This document shows positions 8,318 through 18,741 of a DNA stretch of 64,000 bases, piece after piece. The notes under the pieces are model-generated. The model saw only the letters and a list, made by a program, of their open reading frames with translations. It was not told where the DNA came from and searched no databases. The stretch's first letter is position 1; each line of letters opens with the position of its first letter. The stretch comes from Candidatus Heimdallarchaeota archaeon (lineage in GTDB: Archaea; Asgardarchaeota; Heimdallarchaeia; JABLTI01): positions 128,001 to 192,000 of the forward strand of contig JAHLVW010000066.1 in assembly GCA_019058275.1 (NCBI GenBank), in the 5' to 3' direction. The translations under genes were made by a program, and so were the position numbers.

Positions 8318-9955
8318 ATGATATTGAAAAAAGGCAACCAACTTGATAAAGCACCAAAAATCCTTGTAATAACAGGTAGAGCTGCTGAGCAAATAGTTCG
8401 CAAGTATATTCCTCACAACGTAGAAGTTAAGATATTATCTGTTGATGTTGCAGCATTCATAAACAAAAAACTAATTTTAGAAAATCTAGACAAAAAAACA
8501 GCACAACAATATGATATAGTTATGGTTCCTGGTTTAGTACAAGATGATTTATCATCATTGAAAGATCATTTTGGTGTTCATGTTGTTAAAGGACCAAGAT
8601 ATGCTAGTGATATCAAAAGTGCTATTCAGGATGTTGATCCTTATACATTATCTCCCAAAATTGCTGCAGATAAGTTACTTAAGAAACAGAAAATTGCTAT
8701 GACAAAAGAAGTTTTACATAAAGGATTCAATGACCCAATTGATAAATCGCAAACAGAGTATTATATTGGTTTCAAACACAAATTCCCAATTGGTATAAAC
8801 AGACCACCAACTGTAATGGCTGAAATCGTTGATGCAACTCATTTACCAATGGAAAAGGTAATCGAAAGGGCAGAATACTATCTAAAATATGGAGCTAATA
8901 TTTTAGATATTGGTGCAATGGCAAATGTCTCTGACCCTAACAAAGTGAAGAAAATAATTACTAAACTAAAATCAATGCAAGAAAAACATGAATTTGCAAT
9001 AAGCATTGATACATTGAATATTGAAGAAATACAAGCAGCGATCAAATCTGGAGTAGAATTGATATTAAGTGTAGATCATGGGAATATTGATCATTTAATA
9101 AATGATATTCCAAAAGATGTTGGTGTAGTTTTTGTTCCCACAAATACCCTAAAAGGGATTCTTCCAAAAACAACAGAAAAACGAATTGCTTCTTTATTAC
9201 AATTGAAGAAACGACTTCTGGATGCTGGGATTACTAAAATAGCAGCTGATCCGATCATTGAAATGCCTATATTTCCAGGATTCGCTAATTCTCTCGCACA
9301 CTATATCGAATATCGTAAAAGAGATACTATTACTCCAATGATGACCTGTGTTGGAAATGTGACAGAATTTATTGCTGCTGATCCGGTTGGTATAAATGCT
9401 CTTTTTGGTTGTTTAGCTGTTGAATTAGGAATACAATTAGTATTAGTTACTGATGTGAGTGTGAAATGTAGAGGAGGAATAAAAGAAGTAGTAAAAGGAA
9501 GAGATATGGCTTTTGTTGCAAAACAGAAAAATGCTCCACCAAAAGGTCATGGTATAGATGTGTTGATGGCTAAAAGTAGAATTGCTAATGATCTAGAAAT
9601 AGTTGATTTTGAAAAAGTAGAAACAATAAAGCTAACCGGTGACGACCATTTACTCTATCAGTTAGATTACGAACCAGATCCAAAGGGTAGTTTTACAATC
9701 TGGGTCGATTATCATAAACAAAAAATCTATGTAACTCATTTAAATCCCGAATCAAACAAACCTGATTTGCTTTTCATTTCAAATAAAGCAAGACACATCT
9801 TTGAGAAAATAGTTGAACTGAATCTAATAACCAAAATAGATCATGCTTTCTATATGGGAAGAGAGCTTGAGCGTGCTGAAGTCAGCTTATATCTTGGTAA
9901 ATCCTATATACAAAACAAGCAAACATTCAATGAGGAAAAACTAAACTTCGATTAG
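8318..9955 (+). CDS. Dihydropteroate synthase-like protein (MJ0107 family) with C-terminal DUF4346-like domain
   Basis: LVITGRAA, VDVAAF, GPRYASD, MAEIVDA, SIDT, GNVTEF..AD, HAFYMGRELERAE. Confidence 0.85.
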   Translation: MILKKGNQLDKAPKILVITGRAAEQIVRKYIPHNVEVKILSVDVAAFINKKLILENLDKKTAQQYDIVMVPGLVQDDLSSLKDHFGVHVVKGPRYASDIKSAIQDVDPYTLSPKIAADKLLKKQKIAMTKEVLHKGFNDPIDKSQTEYYIGFKHKFPIGINRPPTVMAEIVDATHLPMEKVIERAEYYLKYGANILDIGAMANVSDPNKVKKIITKLKSMQEKHEFAISIDTLNIEEIQAAIKSGVELILSVDHGNIDHLINDIPKDVGVVFVPTNTLKGILPKTTEKRIASLLQLKKRLLDAGITKIAADPIIEMPIFPGFANSLAHYIEYRKRDTITPMMTCVGNVTEFIAADPVGINALFGCLAVELGIQLVLVTDVSVKCRGGIKEVVKGRDMAFVAKQKNAPPKGHGIDVLMAKSRIANDLEIVDFEKVETIKLTGDDHLLYQLDYEPDPKGSFTIWVDYHKQKIYVTHLNPESNKPDLLFISNKARHIFEKIVELNLITKIDHAFYMGRELERAEVSLYLGKSYIQNKQTFNEEKLNFD

Positions 9956-10072
9956 ATTAGTTACCCAAAAGTTTTAAGAAATAATAATTATTCAAAATAT
10001 GAATAAGTTCTTAATAAAGAACTAAAAATGAATATTGTTTACTAAAGAATATCGATGAAAGAGGTCGACAAA

Positions 10073-10462
10073 ATGAAAACAGATGAGAATGCTAGATACT
10101 CAAAGACACATGAGTGGGCAAGAAAAGAAGATGATGTAATTGCCATAGGTATTACTGATTATGCTCAAAGTCTATTGAAGGATATAGTTTATGTTGAATT
10201 GCCTACTGAAGGAACAACATTTCAGAAAGGTGATAAAGTAGCAGATATTGAGTCTGTAAAAGCGGTAGAAGAGTTAAAGACTCCAATTTCAGGAGAAATT
10301 GCTGCTGTAAATAGTATTCTCGAAGATTCAGCTGAATCAATAAACGAAGATCCATATGGTGAAGGATGGTTCCTAAAAATCAAACCTAGTGATGCAACTG
10401 AATTTGATGAAATGCTGTCTTCAAAAGAATATGAAGAATATGTAAAAACTCTTGATCATTAA
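10073..10462 (+). CDS. gcvH: Glycine cleavage system H protein
   Basis: YSKTHEW, GITDYAQ, lipoyl-Lys ESVKA, DPYGEGW; GAGGT at 10061 favours ATG 10073. Confidence 0.95.
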   Translation: MKTDENARYSKTHEWARKEDDVIAIGITDYAQSLLKDIVYVELPTEGTTFQKGDKVADIESVKAVEELKTPISGEIAAVNSILEDSAESINEDPYGEGWFLKIKPSDATEFDEMLSSKEYEEYVKTLDH

Positions 10463-10486
10463 ATTACAAGGAGTACTGGTCTTTTC

Positions 10487-11869
10487 ATGAGTAAAGATAA
10501 GGAAGGATCAGCAAACGACACTCAAAAGGAAATGGAATCATTCCTTAGCATCGCAAGTACTGATGATTTATTCAAGGATATTCCAGATTCTATTCGTTTA
10601 AAACATCCTCTAAAATTATTAGGACCTATGTCAGAAAGAGACTTGTCAATCTATATTGATAAAGTTCTTTCTATGAATAAATCCGTTGTTTCTTTTCTTG
10701 GAGGAGGAGCTCAAGACCATTATATACCAGCTCTAGTTCAAGAAGTAATAACTAAACCTGAATTACTTAATTCTTACACACCTTACCAACCAGAAGTTGC
10801 GCAAGGTATGCTGCAAGGAATTTTTGAGTATCAAAGTTTAATCAGTGAATTAACAGGTTTGAATGTTACAAATTCAAGCATGTATGATTGGCCAACAGCT
10901 ATCGCTGAAGCACTGCTCATGTCTATAAGAATTATGAAAAAGAGACAAAAGGTTTTGATAACTACTAGCATTCATCCAGATAGGCTATCAGTTATCAAAA
11001 ATTACCTTATTGGTCCAAAAATAGAATTTGAGATGGTTGATTTTAATCCAAAAACTGGAGAAGTCGATTTAGCTGACCTAAAAGGAAAATTAACTGAAGA
11101 TGTTGCTGCGTTCTATTTTGAAAATCCAAATAATTTTGGAGTAATTGAAAGCAACGCAGAAGAAATTTGCAATATTGTTCATAATTTTGAAGCAAAGGTT
11201 GTAGTTGGTGTTGATCCAATATCATTAGGCATCTTAAAACCTCCTGGTGAGTATGGAGTAGACATTGCTGTTGGAGAAGGACAAGGTTTAGGAAATCCAA
11301 TTAGCTTTGGTGGCCCACATGTTGGATTCTTTTCAATAAATTACAATCGGAAAACAATTCGACAAATGCCCGGAAGACTTGTTGGGATGACAAAAACAAT
11401 AGAGGGAGATCAACGAGCATATGTTTTAACATTGTCAACTCGAGAACAGCATATAAGACGAGAAAAAGCAACAAGTAATATTTGCACAAATCAGGCAATT
11501 CTAGCGTTTGGTGCAGGTGTTTATTTATCACTGCTAGGACCAGAAGGTGTAAAGAAAACTGCTGAATATTGCTTATCTGCTGCCCATTATTTATCTTCTG
11601 AAATAAATAAATTGGTAAATTTCGATGCCCCAATTTTCAAAGGTTATCATTACAACGAGTTTATTGTTAGAGTCAAGAAGGGAACAATGGCTGATGTTGA
11701 ATCTAAACTAATAGAACATGGTTTAGTAGGTGGATATACTTTAGAGAAATGCCATCTTGAATTTGGCGAAACAGCCATCTTCTGTGTAACTGAAATGCAT
11801 ACTATGGATGATTTAAACAAATTGTTAGCTGTGCTTTCGGAGATAAATAAAGAGTTAGGAGGGCAATAA
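10487..11869 (+). CDS. gcvPA: Glycine dehydrogenase (decarboxylating) subunit 1
   Basis: SYTPYQPE.AQG, SFGGP, TREQHIRREKATSNICTN. Confidence 0.96.
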   Translation: MSKDKEGSANDTQKEMESFLSIASTDDLFKDIPDSIRLKHPLKLLGPMSERDLSIYIDKVLSMNKSVVSFLGGGAQDHYIPALVQEVITKPELLNSYTPYQPEVAQGMLQGIFEYQSLISELTGLNVTNSSMYDWPTAIAEALLMSIRIMKKRQKVLITTSIHPDRLSVIKNYLIGPKIEFEMVDFNPKTGEVDLADLKGKLTEDVAAFYFENPNNFGVIESNAEEICNIVHNFEAKVVVGVDPISLGILKPPGEYGVDIAVGEGQGLGNPISFGGPHVGFFSINYNRKTIRQMPGRLVGMTKTIEGDQRAYVLTLSTREQHIRREKATSNICTNQAILAFGAGVYLSLLGPEGVKKTAEYCLSAAHYLSSEINKLVNFDAPIFKGYHYNEFIVRVKKGTMADVESKLIEHGLVGGYTLEKCHLEFGETAIFCVTEMHTMDDLNKLLAVLSEINKELGGQ

Positions 11870-11870
11870 T

Positions 11871-13412
11871 TTGACAACAGAAAAAACTACAAAATTAGCT
11901 TACTACAAAGAACCATTAGTTTTCGAAATGGAACCAACTAAATATGACAAATATTCGCCACCTAGCATTCCAAAAGAAATATCCAAGAAGGTAAAAGATC
12001 CATTAACTTTAATTCCTAAAGAAATGCAAAGAGAGAATCCTCCTAATTTACCTAAATTAGCAGAATTCCAATTAGCAAGACATTACCTACATTTAGCACA
12101 AATGAATTTTGCAGTGGATAGTGGTTTCTATCCTCTTGGTAGTTGTACTATGAAATACAATCCAAAGATAAATGATTTCATATCTTTAGATCACAGAGTA
12201 GCAATGGTACATCCATTCCAACCAGCAAGAACAGTTCAAGGTAACATTAGAATTCTATATGAAACTGAACAAATGTTAAATGAATTAGCTGGAATGGAAC
12301 GAACAACTTTACAACCTTCTGCTGGTGCTCATGGAGAATTCACTGGAATCATGGTTATTAGAGCTTATCATCAAGATCATGGTGAAGGAGATACAAGAAC
12401 AGAGATTATAGTTCCAGATAATGCTCATGGTACAAATCCTGCTACAGCAGCAATGGCTGGTTATAAAACTGTAGTAATTAAATCAAAAGAGAATGGTTTG
12501 GTGGATTTAGAAGCGTTAAAAGCAGCTGTGAGCGAAAAAACAGCAGCATTAATGTTAACGAATCCAAATACCTTGGGACTGTTTGAATCTGAGATTATTG
12601 AAATAGCTAAGATAGTACATGATGTTGGTGGTCTACTTTATTACGATGGTGCAAACTTTAATGCAATAATGGGTTTCTGTAGACCAGGAGACATGGGTTT
12701 TGATGCTATACATTTCAATTTACATAAAACGTTTGGTACTCCACATGGTGGTGGAGGGCCAGGATCAGGTCCAGTAGGGGTTGTAAAGAAACTAGTTCCT
12801 TATCTTCCCAAACCACTTCCAGAATTTGATAAGAAATCTGGGAAATATTATCTCAATTTTGATATGCCAAAATCAATTGGTAAAATCAAAGGGTATTGGG
12901 GTAATTTTGCTGTAATTGTTAGAGCATATGCCTATATGCTTTCACTTGGAGCTGAAGGTTTGAAACGAGTTTCAGAACAAGCAGTACTAAATGCTAATTA
13001 CCTCAAGAAGAAGCTTCTAGATTTAGGAGGATGGACATTACCATTTGCACCTGAGATTCCAAGAAAGCATGAGTTTGTGCTTGATGGAGAAGATCTAAAG
13101 AAAGAAACAGGTATAAGTACATTGGATGTTGCAAAAAGACTGCTAGACTTAGGATTCCATGCACCAACTGTTTACTTCCCACTAATTGTTCATGAAGCAT
13201 TAATGGTTGAGCCAACTGAAACTGAATCAAAACGAACTCTTGATACATTTGCTGAAGCAATGAAACAGATTCTAAAAGAAAGCAAAGAAAATCCAGAAGT
13301 AATTCTTAAAGCTCCACAAAATACTCCAGTATCTCGAGTAGATGAAGTTTTAGCTGCAAAAGAACCAATACTTACTTGGTTTATGTATAAGCAAAAAGAA
13401 GCAAAGAAGTAA
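11871..13412 (+). CDS. gcvPB: Glycine dehydrogenase (decarboxylating) subunit 2
   Basis: YPLGSCTMKYNP, AHGTNPA, PLP-Lys HFNLHKTFGTPHGGGGPG. Confidence 0.96.
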   Translation: MTTEKTTKLAYYKEPLVFEMEPTKYDKYSPPSIPKEISKKVKDPLTLIPKEMQRENPPNLPKLAEFQLARHYLHLAQMNFAVDSGFYPLGSCTMKYNPKINDFISLDHRVAMVHPFQPARTVQGNIRILYETEQMLNELAGMERTTLQPSAGAHGEFTGIMVIRAYHQDHGEGDTRTEIIVPDNAHGTNPATAAMAGYKTVVIKSKENGLVDLEALKAAVSEKTAALMLTNPNTLGLFESEIIEIAKIVHDVGGLLYYDGANFNAIMGFCRPGDMGFDAIHFNLHKTFGTPHGGGGPGSGPVGVVKKLVPYLPKPLPEFDKKSGKYYLNFDMPKSIGKIKGYWGNFAVIVRAYAYMLSLGAEGLKRVSEQAVLNANYLKKKLLDLGGWTLPFAPEIPRKHEFVLDGEDLKKETGISTLDVAKRLLDLGFHAPTVYFPLIVHEALMVEPTETESKRTLDTFAEAMKQILKESKENPEVILKAPQNTPVSRVDEVLAAKEPILTWFMYKQKEAKK

Positions 13413-13435
13413 TTATCTTCTCTCGTTTTTTTTTA

Positions 13436-14602
13436 TTAATCTTCAATTCTCATAAGAAGATCTTCGTGGTAACTAGTAACTACACGAATAAAACCGTGTA
13501 ATTCTTTATCTAGTTCTAAATCCCCTGTATCAACTCTAAGCCTTTCTGTTTTCTCGAGTTTTGAAACAGTAGCAATTAAAATGATGTTACCAGTACCTAC
13601 CTTTTTTATCACGGCAGGTGAAATCTGTTGATTTCCTCTGCCAAAGATGAACCCTTGGTTTCCAATAACGGTAACAATTATTTTTGCTTCTGGGTATTTT
13701 TCTAATAATTTCAGCATTCCTTGTTCATTCAAATCCTTAGCAATTAGCTTACGATTATATAATGCATCAACACCCAGCAAGGTTTTTTCCAATTCCATAA
13801 AATCTGCAACAGCTTTGCATGTTGTTCCAGACCCTAACAAATACAACGTATCTCTTTGCATATCTTCTGATATTCTTTGAGCAATTACATTTTGATCATG
13901 TTTTTCATCGAATGAAGAAGGTGAGGCCATCTTTCCTCCTTGAAAAGCTGCTTTTAGATATGGTATAACAACCATTCCTTTTAGTTCTGCACTTAACCTT
14001 CCTGCTCTAAATGCTTCTTCATCAATATCCATTACCTCTGAATGAGTGAGATTTAATTGACCACTCTGGAATTGTTTAAAGATCATTCCTGCTATCTCAG
14101 GATTTAACGCAAAACAAGCGCTATGCATTTTTACACCACTGGGAACAGCCAATAATGGTGTTTTATCTTGCACAGCTTCATACATATCACATGCTGTACC
14201 ATCTCCACCAATGATTACAATTAATTTAACTCCTTTCTTGAGTAATTCCTTAGCTGCTTGTACAGTATCTTTTCTTGTTGGTTTTTTGTTCTTTATTTGA
14301 CCAATAATTTCGACATCAAATTCCATTTCTCTAAGAATATCTCCGCCCATTTCTCCGTCATAACTAAAGAAAATTATGTCATTTTTTAATTCAATAATAG
14401 TCTTTAGAAACCTTTTAGCACGAACATTTGAGACCTTTTGACCTTCACCACTTTCGAGTCTTTTCCAGATTTCTTTGGCATCATCACTGCCTTTTAATCC
14501 AATTTTTCCACCTACACCAGCGATAGGATTAATAACTAAACCTACAAGTAATTTCCTTTGATCTGAAATAGGTGTTCCTACATTCAATTTCGTTGTAGTC
14601 AT
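13436..14602 (-). CDS. ATP-NAD kinase family protein
   Basis: INPIAGVGG..GLKGSD, GGDGTA, PSGVKMHS, GRGNQQ. Confidence 0.85.
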   Translation of the reverse strand: MTTTKLNVGTPISDQRKLLVGLVINPIAGVGGKIGLKGSDDAKEIWKRLESGEGQKVSNVRAKRFLKTIIELKNDIIFFSYDGEMGGDILREMEFDVEIIGQIKNKKPTRKDTVQAAKELLKKGVKLIVIIGGDGTACDMYEAVQDKTPLLAVPSGVKMHSACFALNPEIAGMIFKQFQSGQLNLTHSEVMDIDEEAFRAGRLSAELKGMVVIPYLKAAFQGGKMASPSSFDEKHDQNVIAQRISEDMQRDTLYLLGSGTTCKAVADFMELEKTLLGVDALYNRKLIAKDLNEQGMLKLLEKYPEAKIIVTVIGNQGFIFGRGNQQISPAVIKKVGTGNIILIATVSKLEKTERLRVDTGDLELDKELHGFIRVVTSYHEDLLMRIED

Positions 14603-14815
14603 TTTAACCTCTCAGTATATTCTATCATGATTTAAATGAATTCAATGTTCTTCAGATGAATATAAATCTATTAGTTAGTTAAAAATTACTCATAATCGCT
14701 ATTTTGGAATAATATTCTTATTTGAGTAATCAATTACAAAATTAGCTTTAAGAAATCTTAAATAAATCAAAATATGCTTGTTAAGGCAGATTAGATAAGA
14801 TTAGGTGAATTAATT

Positions 14816-16864
14816 TTGCAATATCCTGAAACAAAAAGGGAAGAAGTAGTTGAAGAAATACATGGTGTGAAGATAGTTGATCCATATAGATGGTTAGAGA
14901 ATTTTGATCAACCTGAGGTTCAAGATTGGATAGATATACAGAACAACCATACAAAGGAGCTATTAGCTAAGATTCCAAACTATCAAAGTGCATATGATAG
15001 AATTAAGGAATTTCTCTCTTTAGGGACATTAACAGTGCCAAGTGAGAGGGAAGGTTACATATTTTATCAAAAATCTACTACAGAGAACCAACCAATATTG
15101 TATGAGCAAAAGGGTTTAGATGGAAAGACCAAAGTTCTACTCGATCCAAATGAATTAAGTAAAGAAAACCCAGTGGCATTGGATTGGTTCTTTATATCAC
15201 CAAAAGCCAAATACATTGTCTATGGATTATCAGAAGATGGAAATGAATGGTCTGTATTGCACATAAAAAACATTGAAACAGAAGAAATTTTAGAAGATAA
15301 AATACCTAGAACGAGATATTGCAGTTTGGCTTGGTTACCTGATGAAACTGGTTTTTATTATACAAGGTATCCTGAACCAGGAACTGTTCCAAAAGGACAA
15401 GAAAATTACAATAAACATCTGTTTCTACATAAAATTGGCAAAGACTGGTATGATGATGAGAAAATCTTTGGAGAAGGAAGACCAGGGACAAATCATTATA
15501 ATGTGGAATTGTCAGAAGATGGAAGATATTTGCTAATCTCTGTACACAAATATACAAAAAATGATCTTTATATAATGGATGTTGAGAACAGCAATAAATT
15601 ATCTGAGGTTATTGTGGGAGAAGATGTTCTGACAAATGCTTCTATGTTTGATGATGAATTATGGATTTTAACTAACAAAAATGTGCCTAGAATAGCCTTG
15701 TTTAAAACAAAAATCACTGATCCTACATTCGATAACTGGGAACTAGTCATTCCTGAAAGCGCTAATACAATTAATCAAGCTTTAGTAACCAAAGAGAAGA
15801 TTTTTCTAAAAATAATGAAAAATGCTTGTGATCATATTTTTATTTATGGCAAAGATGGTAAATTGATTTCTGAACTTCAGTTGCCAGAATTTTCAGGTAT
15901 AGTCAATATGGGAACTAGTAATCAAATTTCTGCAAAAGATACTAAGAGATTTTACTTTGGTTTACAAAATTTCTTCTATCCTAGAACAAATTATTGTTAT
16001 GAAATAGAGAAATCTAAACTATTGATTTTTAATGAAATTGAAAAACCACTAGATGTTAAAGATTATTCAGTCAAACAACTGTGGTATGAATCAAAAGATG
16101 GAACTAAAGTTTCCATGTATATAGCGCATAAAAAAGACATTAAACTTGATGGTACAAATCCTACAATGCTTTGTGGATATGGTGGTTTTAATATAGCAAT
16201 TAAACCTCCCTACCTAAAATATACAAGATTCTTCTGGTTGGAAAATGGCGGTGTAGTCGCTATAGCTAATCTCAGAGGAGGTTCGGAGTATGGAGAAGAT
16301 TGGCATAGAGCAGGTATGTTGGAAAAGAAACAGAATGTTTTCGATGATTTTATCTATGCAGCTAAATGGCTTATTGCTAACAAATACACCTCAGAGAAAC
16401 AACTAAGTATCAATGGACGAAGCAATGGAGGGCTTTTAACGGGTGCAGTTGTAACTCAAAAACCTGAGTTATTTGGTGCTGTTTATGTTGGTGTACCTTT
16501 GTTAGATATGATGCGCTATCATCTATTTAGTATCGCAAGGTATTGGATACCAGAATATGGTTCATCAGAAGATCCAGAACAATTCAAGTATATCCTCAAA
16601 TATTCACCTTATCATAATGTCAAGAAAGGAACAGAATATCCTGCAATAATATTAGCATCTGCTGCTTCTGATTCTCGAGTTGATCCTATCCATGCAATGA
16701 AAATGACTGCATTGCTGCAGTGGGCAAATTCATCAAAAGAGCCAATTTCACTTTTCATTGAAAAACAAGCTGGACATGGTATTGGCAAACCACTAGAGAA
16801 ATTAGCAGAAACAGAAACAGACTTGTACACTTTCTTGGGTTGGAAAACTGGATTAAAATTCTGA
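14816..16864 (+). CDS. Prolyl oligopeptidase (S9A)
   Basis: DPYRWLE, GYGGF, catalytic GRSNGG, DSRV, GHG. Confidence 0.95.
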   Translation: MQYPETKREEVVEEIHGVKIVDPYRWLENFDQPEVQDWIDIQNNHTKELLAKIPNYQSAYDRIKEFLSLGTLTVPSEREGYIFYQKSTTENQPILYEQKGLDGKTKVLLDPNELSKENPVALDWFFISPKAKYIVYGLSEDGNEWSVLHIKNIETEEILEDKIPRTRYCSLAWLPDETGFYYTRYPEPGTVPKGQENYNKHLFLHKIGKDWYDDEKIFGEGRPGTNHYNVELSEDGRYLLISVHKYTKNDLYIMDVENSNKLSEVIVGEDVLTNASMFDDELWILTNKNVPRIALFKTKITDPTFDNWELVIPESANTINQALVTKEKIFLKIMKNACDHIFIYGKDGKLISELQLPEFSGIVNMGTSNQISAKDTKRFYFGLQNFFYPRTNYCYEIEKSKLLIFNEIEKPLDVKDYSVKQLWYESKDGTKVSMYIAHKKDIKLDGTNPTMLCGYGGFNIAIKPPYLKYTRFFWLENGGVVAIANLRGGSEYGEDWHRAGMLEKKQNVFDDFIYAAKWLIANKYTSEKQLSINGRSNGGLLTGAVVTQKPELFGAVYVGVPLLDMMRYHLFSIARYWIPEYGSSEDPEQFKYILKYSPYHNVKKGTEYPAIILASAASDSRVDPIHAMKMTALLQWANSSKEPISLFIEKQAGHGIGKPLEKLAETETDLYTFLGWKTGLKF

Positions 16865-16894
16865 TTTATTTTAGCAAAATAAGGAGAATATCAA

Positions 16895-17401
16895 GTGAAA
16901 ATTCAGATACTCAAAGGTGATATAACCAAAATAGTGGCTGATGCTATTGTGAATGCTGCAAATAATGAACTTTGGATGGGTGCTGGTGTAGCTGGTGCTA
17001 TTAAACGAAAAGGCGGTATAGCAATTGAAGAGGAAGCAATGAAGAAGGGACCAATAAAACATGGTGAAGCAATTGAAACAACTGCTGGTAATCTCGATGC
17101 AAAATATGTCATACATGCAGCTGGGATGAGAAGTGATGGTTATATTACAGAGGAATCACTAAGGAAAAGCGTTCAAAATAGCTTACAATTGGCAGAAGAT
17201 TTGGAATTAAAATCAATTGCTTTTCCAGCAATAGGAACTGGAGTCGCAGGATTTTCTCCAAAAGAATGCGCGAAAATAATGCTGAAGACAATTGCTGATT
17301 TCAGTTTCTCATTTGTTGAAGAAATCAAGATAGTTTTATTCGATGATGATATGTTTAAATTATTCAAAGAAAGAGCAAAGAAAGAAAATATCAAGATGTA
17401 A
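16895..17401 (+). CDS. Macro domain protein (ADP-ribose binding/hydrolase)
   Basis: GDIT, AIVNAAN, GAGVAGAI, FPAIGTG. Confidence 0.93.
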   Translation: MKIQILKGDITKIVADAIVNAANNELWMGAGVAGAIKRKGGIAIEEEAMKKGPIKHGEAIETTAGNLDAKYVIHAAGMRSDGYITEESLRKSVQNSLQLAEDLELKSIAFPAIGTGVAGFSPKECAKIMLKTIADFSFSFVEEIKIVLFDDDMFKLFKERAKKENIKM

Positions 17402-17403
17402 AT

Positions 17404-18741
17404 CTATTCTTGTTGATCAAGGTTATCTTGCTCTTGACTTTCTTGAACAGATCCATCTTCAGGAGTTATTTCCTCAGATTTAGATTCTTCCTCTAGCAAA
17501 GCTTCCTTAGCTAATTTCTTTACATCTTCTCTTTTAGCTTCTTCCTCAACAATTCCCATTTCACGAGCGACCAAAATTTCAAGAATCTTATCTGATAACT
17601 TACTACAATCATCAATTATTAGTTCAGCATCTAAAGTATCAATGTGTAATTGCTCTTCATAACCCTTTATTAGTGGTAAAATGGTTGAAGACCAAATTGC
17701 TTTGGTTTCACTAAGCAAAGCTTGGGAATCGGCTGCAAACTCAGTAAGAGCTTCTCTCGAAGCTGTGCTGATAGTAAAAGGAGTCATTTTCTTTTTCAAC
17801 ATTTCATTTAATTGATCCTCATAATTTTTCAAGGCAGCTATAGCATTTCGCATTTCATCTCTTTTAGAAGCAACTATTTTTTCCATGCTTATAGGTGCTT
17901 CAATAGATGTCTCCACTTCTACAACTACAGGTTCAGGTGTATCAGAAGGTACATCAGAAATATCTTTTGGAGTTTTTACAGCTTTAGATTTTTCATCTAT
18001 TTCTTGTCGCTTTTTTAGCATAGCCTGTATTGCTTCACGCTCTTCACTTTCGAAAGACATCTCTCTTCCTTTAGATTTTTGTTTAGTGAAGAGTTCTTTT
18101 TCATCCCTCTCTAGTTCTATGCGTTTTGAAGATTCTCTAGGTCGAAATTGTCTAACAATGAGCAAAGCTCCTATTAAGAATAAAGTAACAATACCAGCAC
18201 TAATCAATATACCAATAATTAAGTTTCGATAATCTTTTGGTTCAGATAAGTCTGGAAAGTCTTCTGGATCGGTAGGATCAGTACCATGAGCAACTTCAAC
18301 ACCATCTGTAACTTGGTCACCATCTGTATCCGGATCAAGTGGGTTTGTATTATAAAATGATTCATACTCTGTAGTAAGACCATCATTATCAGGATCTGCA
18401 TTAATATCATCAACAACTAATGGATCCAAACCCCATTTTACTTCATACCCATCTGTAAGTAGATCGTCGTCTGTATCAGGATCGTTTGGGTCTGTATTAT
18501 AGATGTTAGTCTCATCATCATCTGAGAGTCCATCTCCATCGGAATCAACCTCATTACAGGGAAAAATCTCAGTTACTGAACTATCTAGAACCATTTTTTG
18601 ACAGAAGTTGATGTCCACTTTTGCGCTGGTTTTCGTGATTGCTAAAACACTTAACGAAACCATTAACAAAGTGATAATAAATAATGGACCCATTTTCAAT
18701 GGTTTAGATTTATTTCTTCTATCAATAAATGACTGGAACAT
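17404..18741 (-). CDS. Membrane protein with TSP3-like Ca-binding repeats, TM helix and cytoplasmic coiled-coil
   Basis: N-terminal hydrophobic segment, DSDGDG/DTDDD/DPDNDG/DTDGD repeats, TM at about aa 173-196, charged helical tail. Confidence 0.8.
   Translation of the reverse strand: MFQSFIDRRNKSKPLKMGPLFIITLLMVSLSVLAITKTSAKVDINFCQKMVLDSSVTEIFPCNEVDSDGDGLSDDDETNIYNTDPNDPDTDDDLLTDGYEVKWGLDPLVVDDINADPDNDGLTTEYESFYNTNPLDPDTDGDQVTDGVEVAHGTDPTDPEDFPDLSEPKDYRNLIIGILISAGIVTLFLIGALLIVRQFRPRESSKRIELERDEKELFTKQKSKGREMSFESEEREAIQAMLKKRQEIDEKSKAVKTPKDISDVPSDTPEPVVVEVETSIEAPISMEKIVASKRDEMRNAIAALKNYEDQLNEMLKKKMTPFTISTASREALTEFAADSQALLSETKAIWSSTILPLIKGYEEQLHIDTLDAELIIDDCSKLSDKILEILVAREMGIVEEEAKREDVKKLAKEALLEEESKSEEITPEDGSVQESQEQDNLDQQE

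Noticed and set aside
9956-10072. Glycine riboswitch upstream of gcvH
   Set aside because: The region is too short and lacks the GGAGA/CCGAAG/CUCAGG core.
16895-17401. DarTG-like toxin-antitoxin system
   Set aside because: Stand-alone macrodomain with no adjacent ADP-ribosyltransferase.
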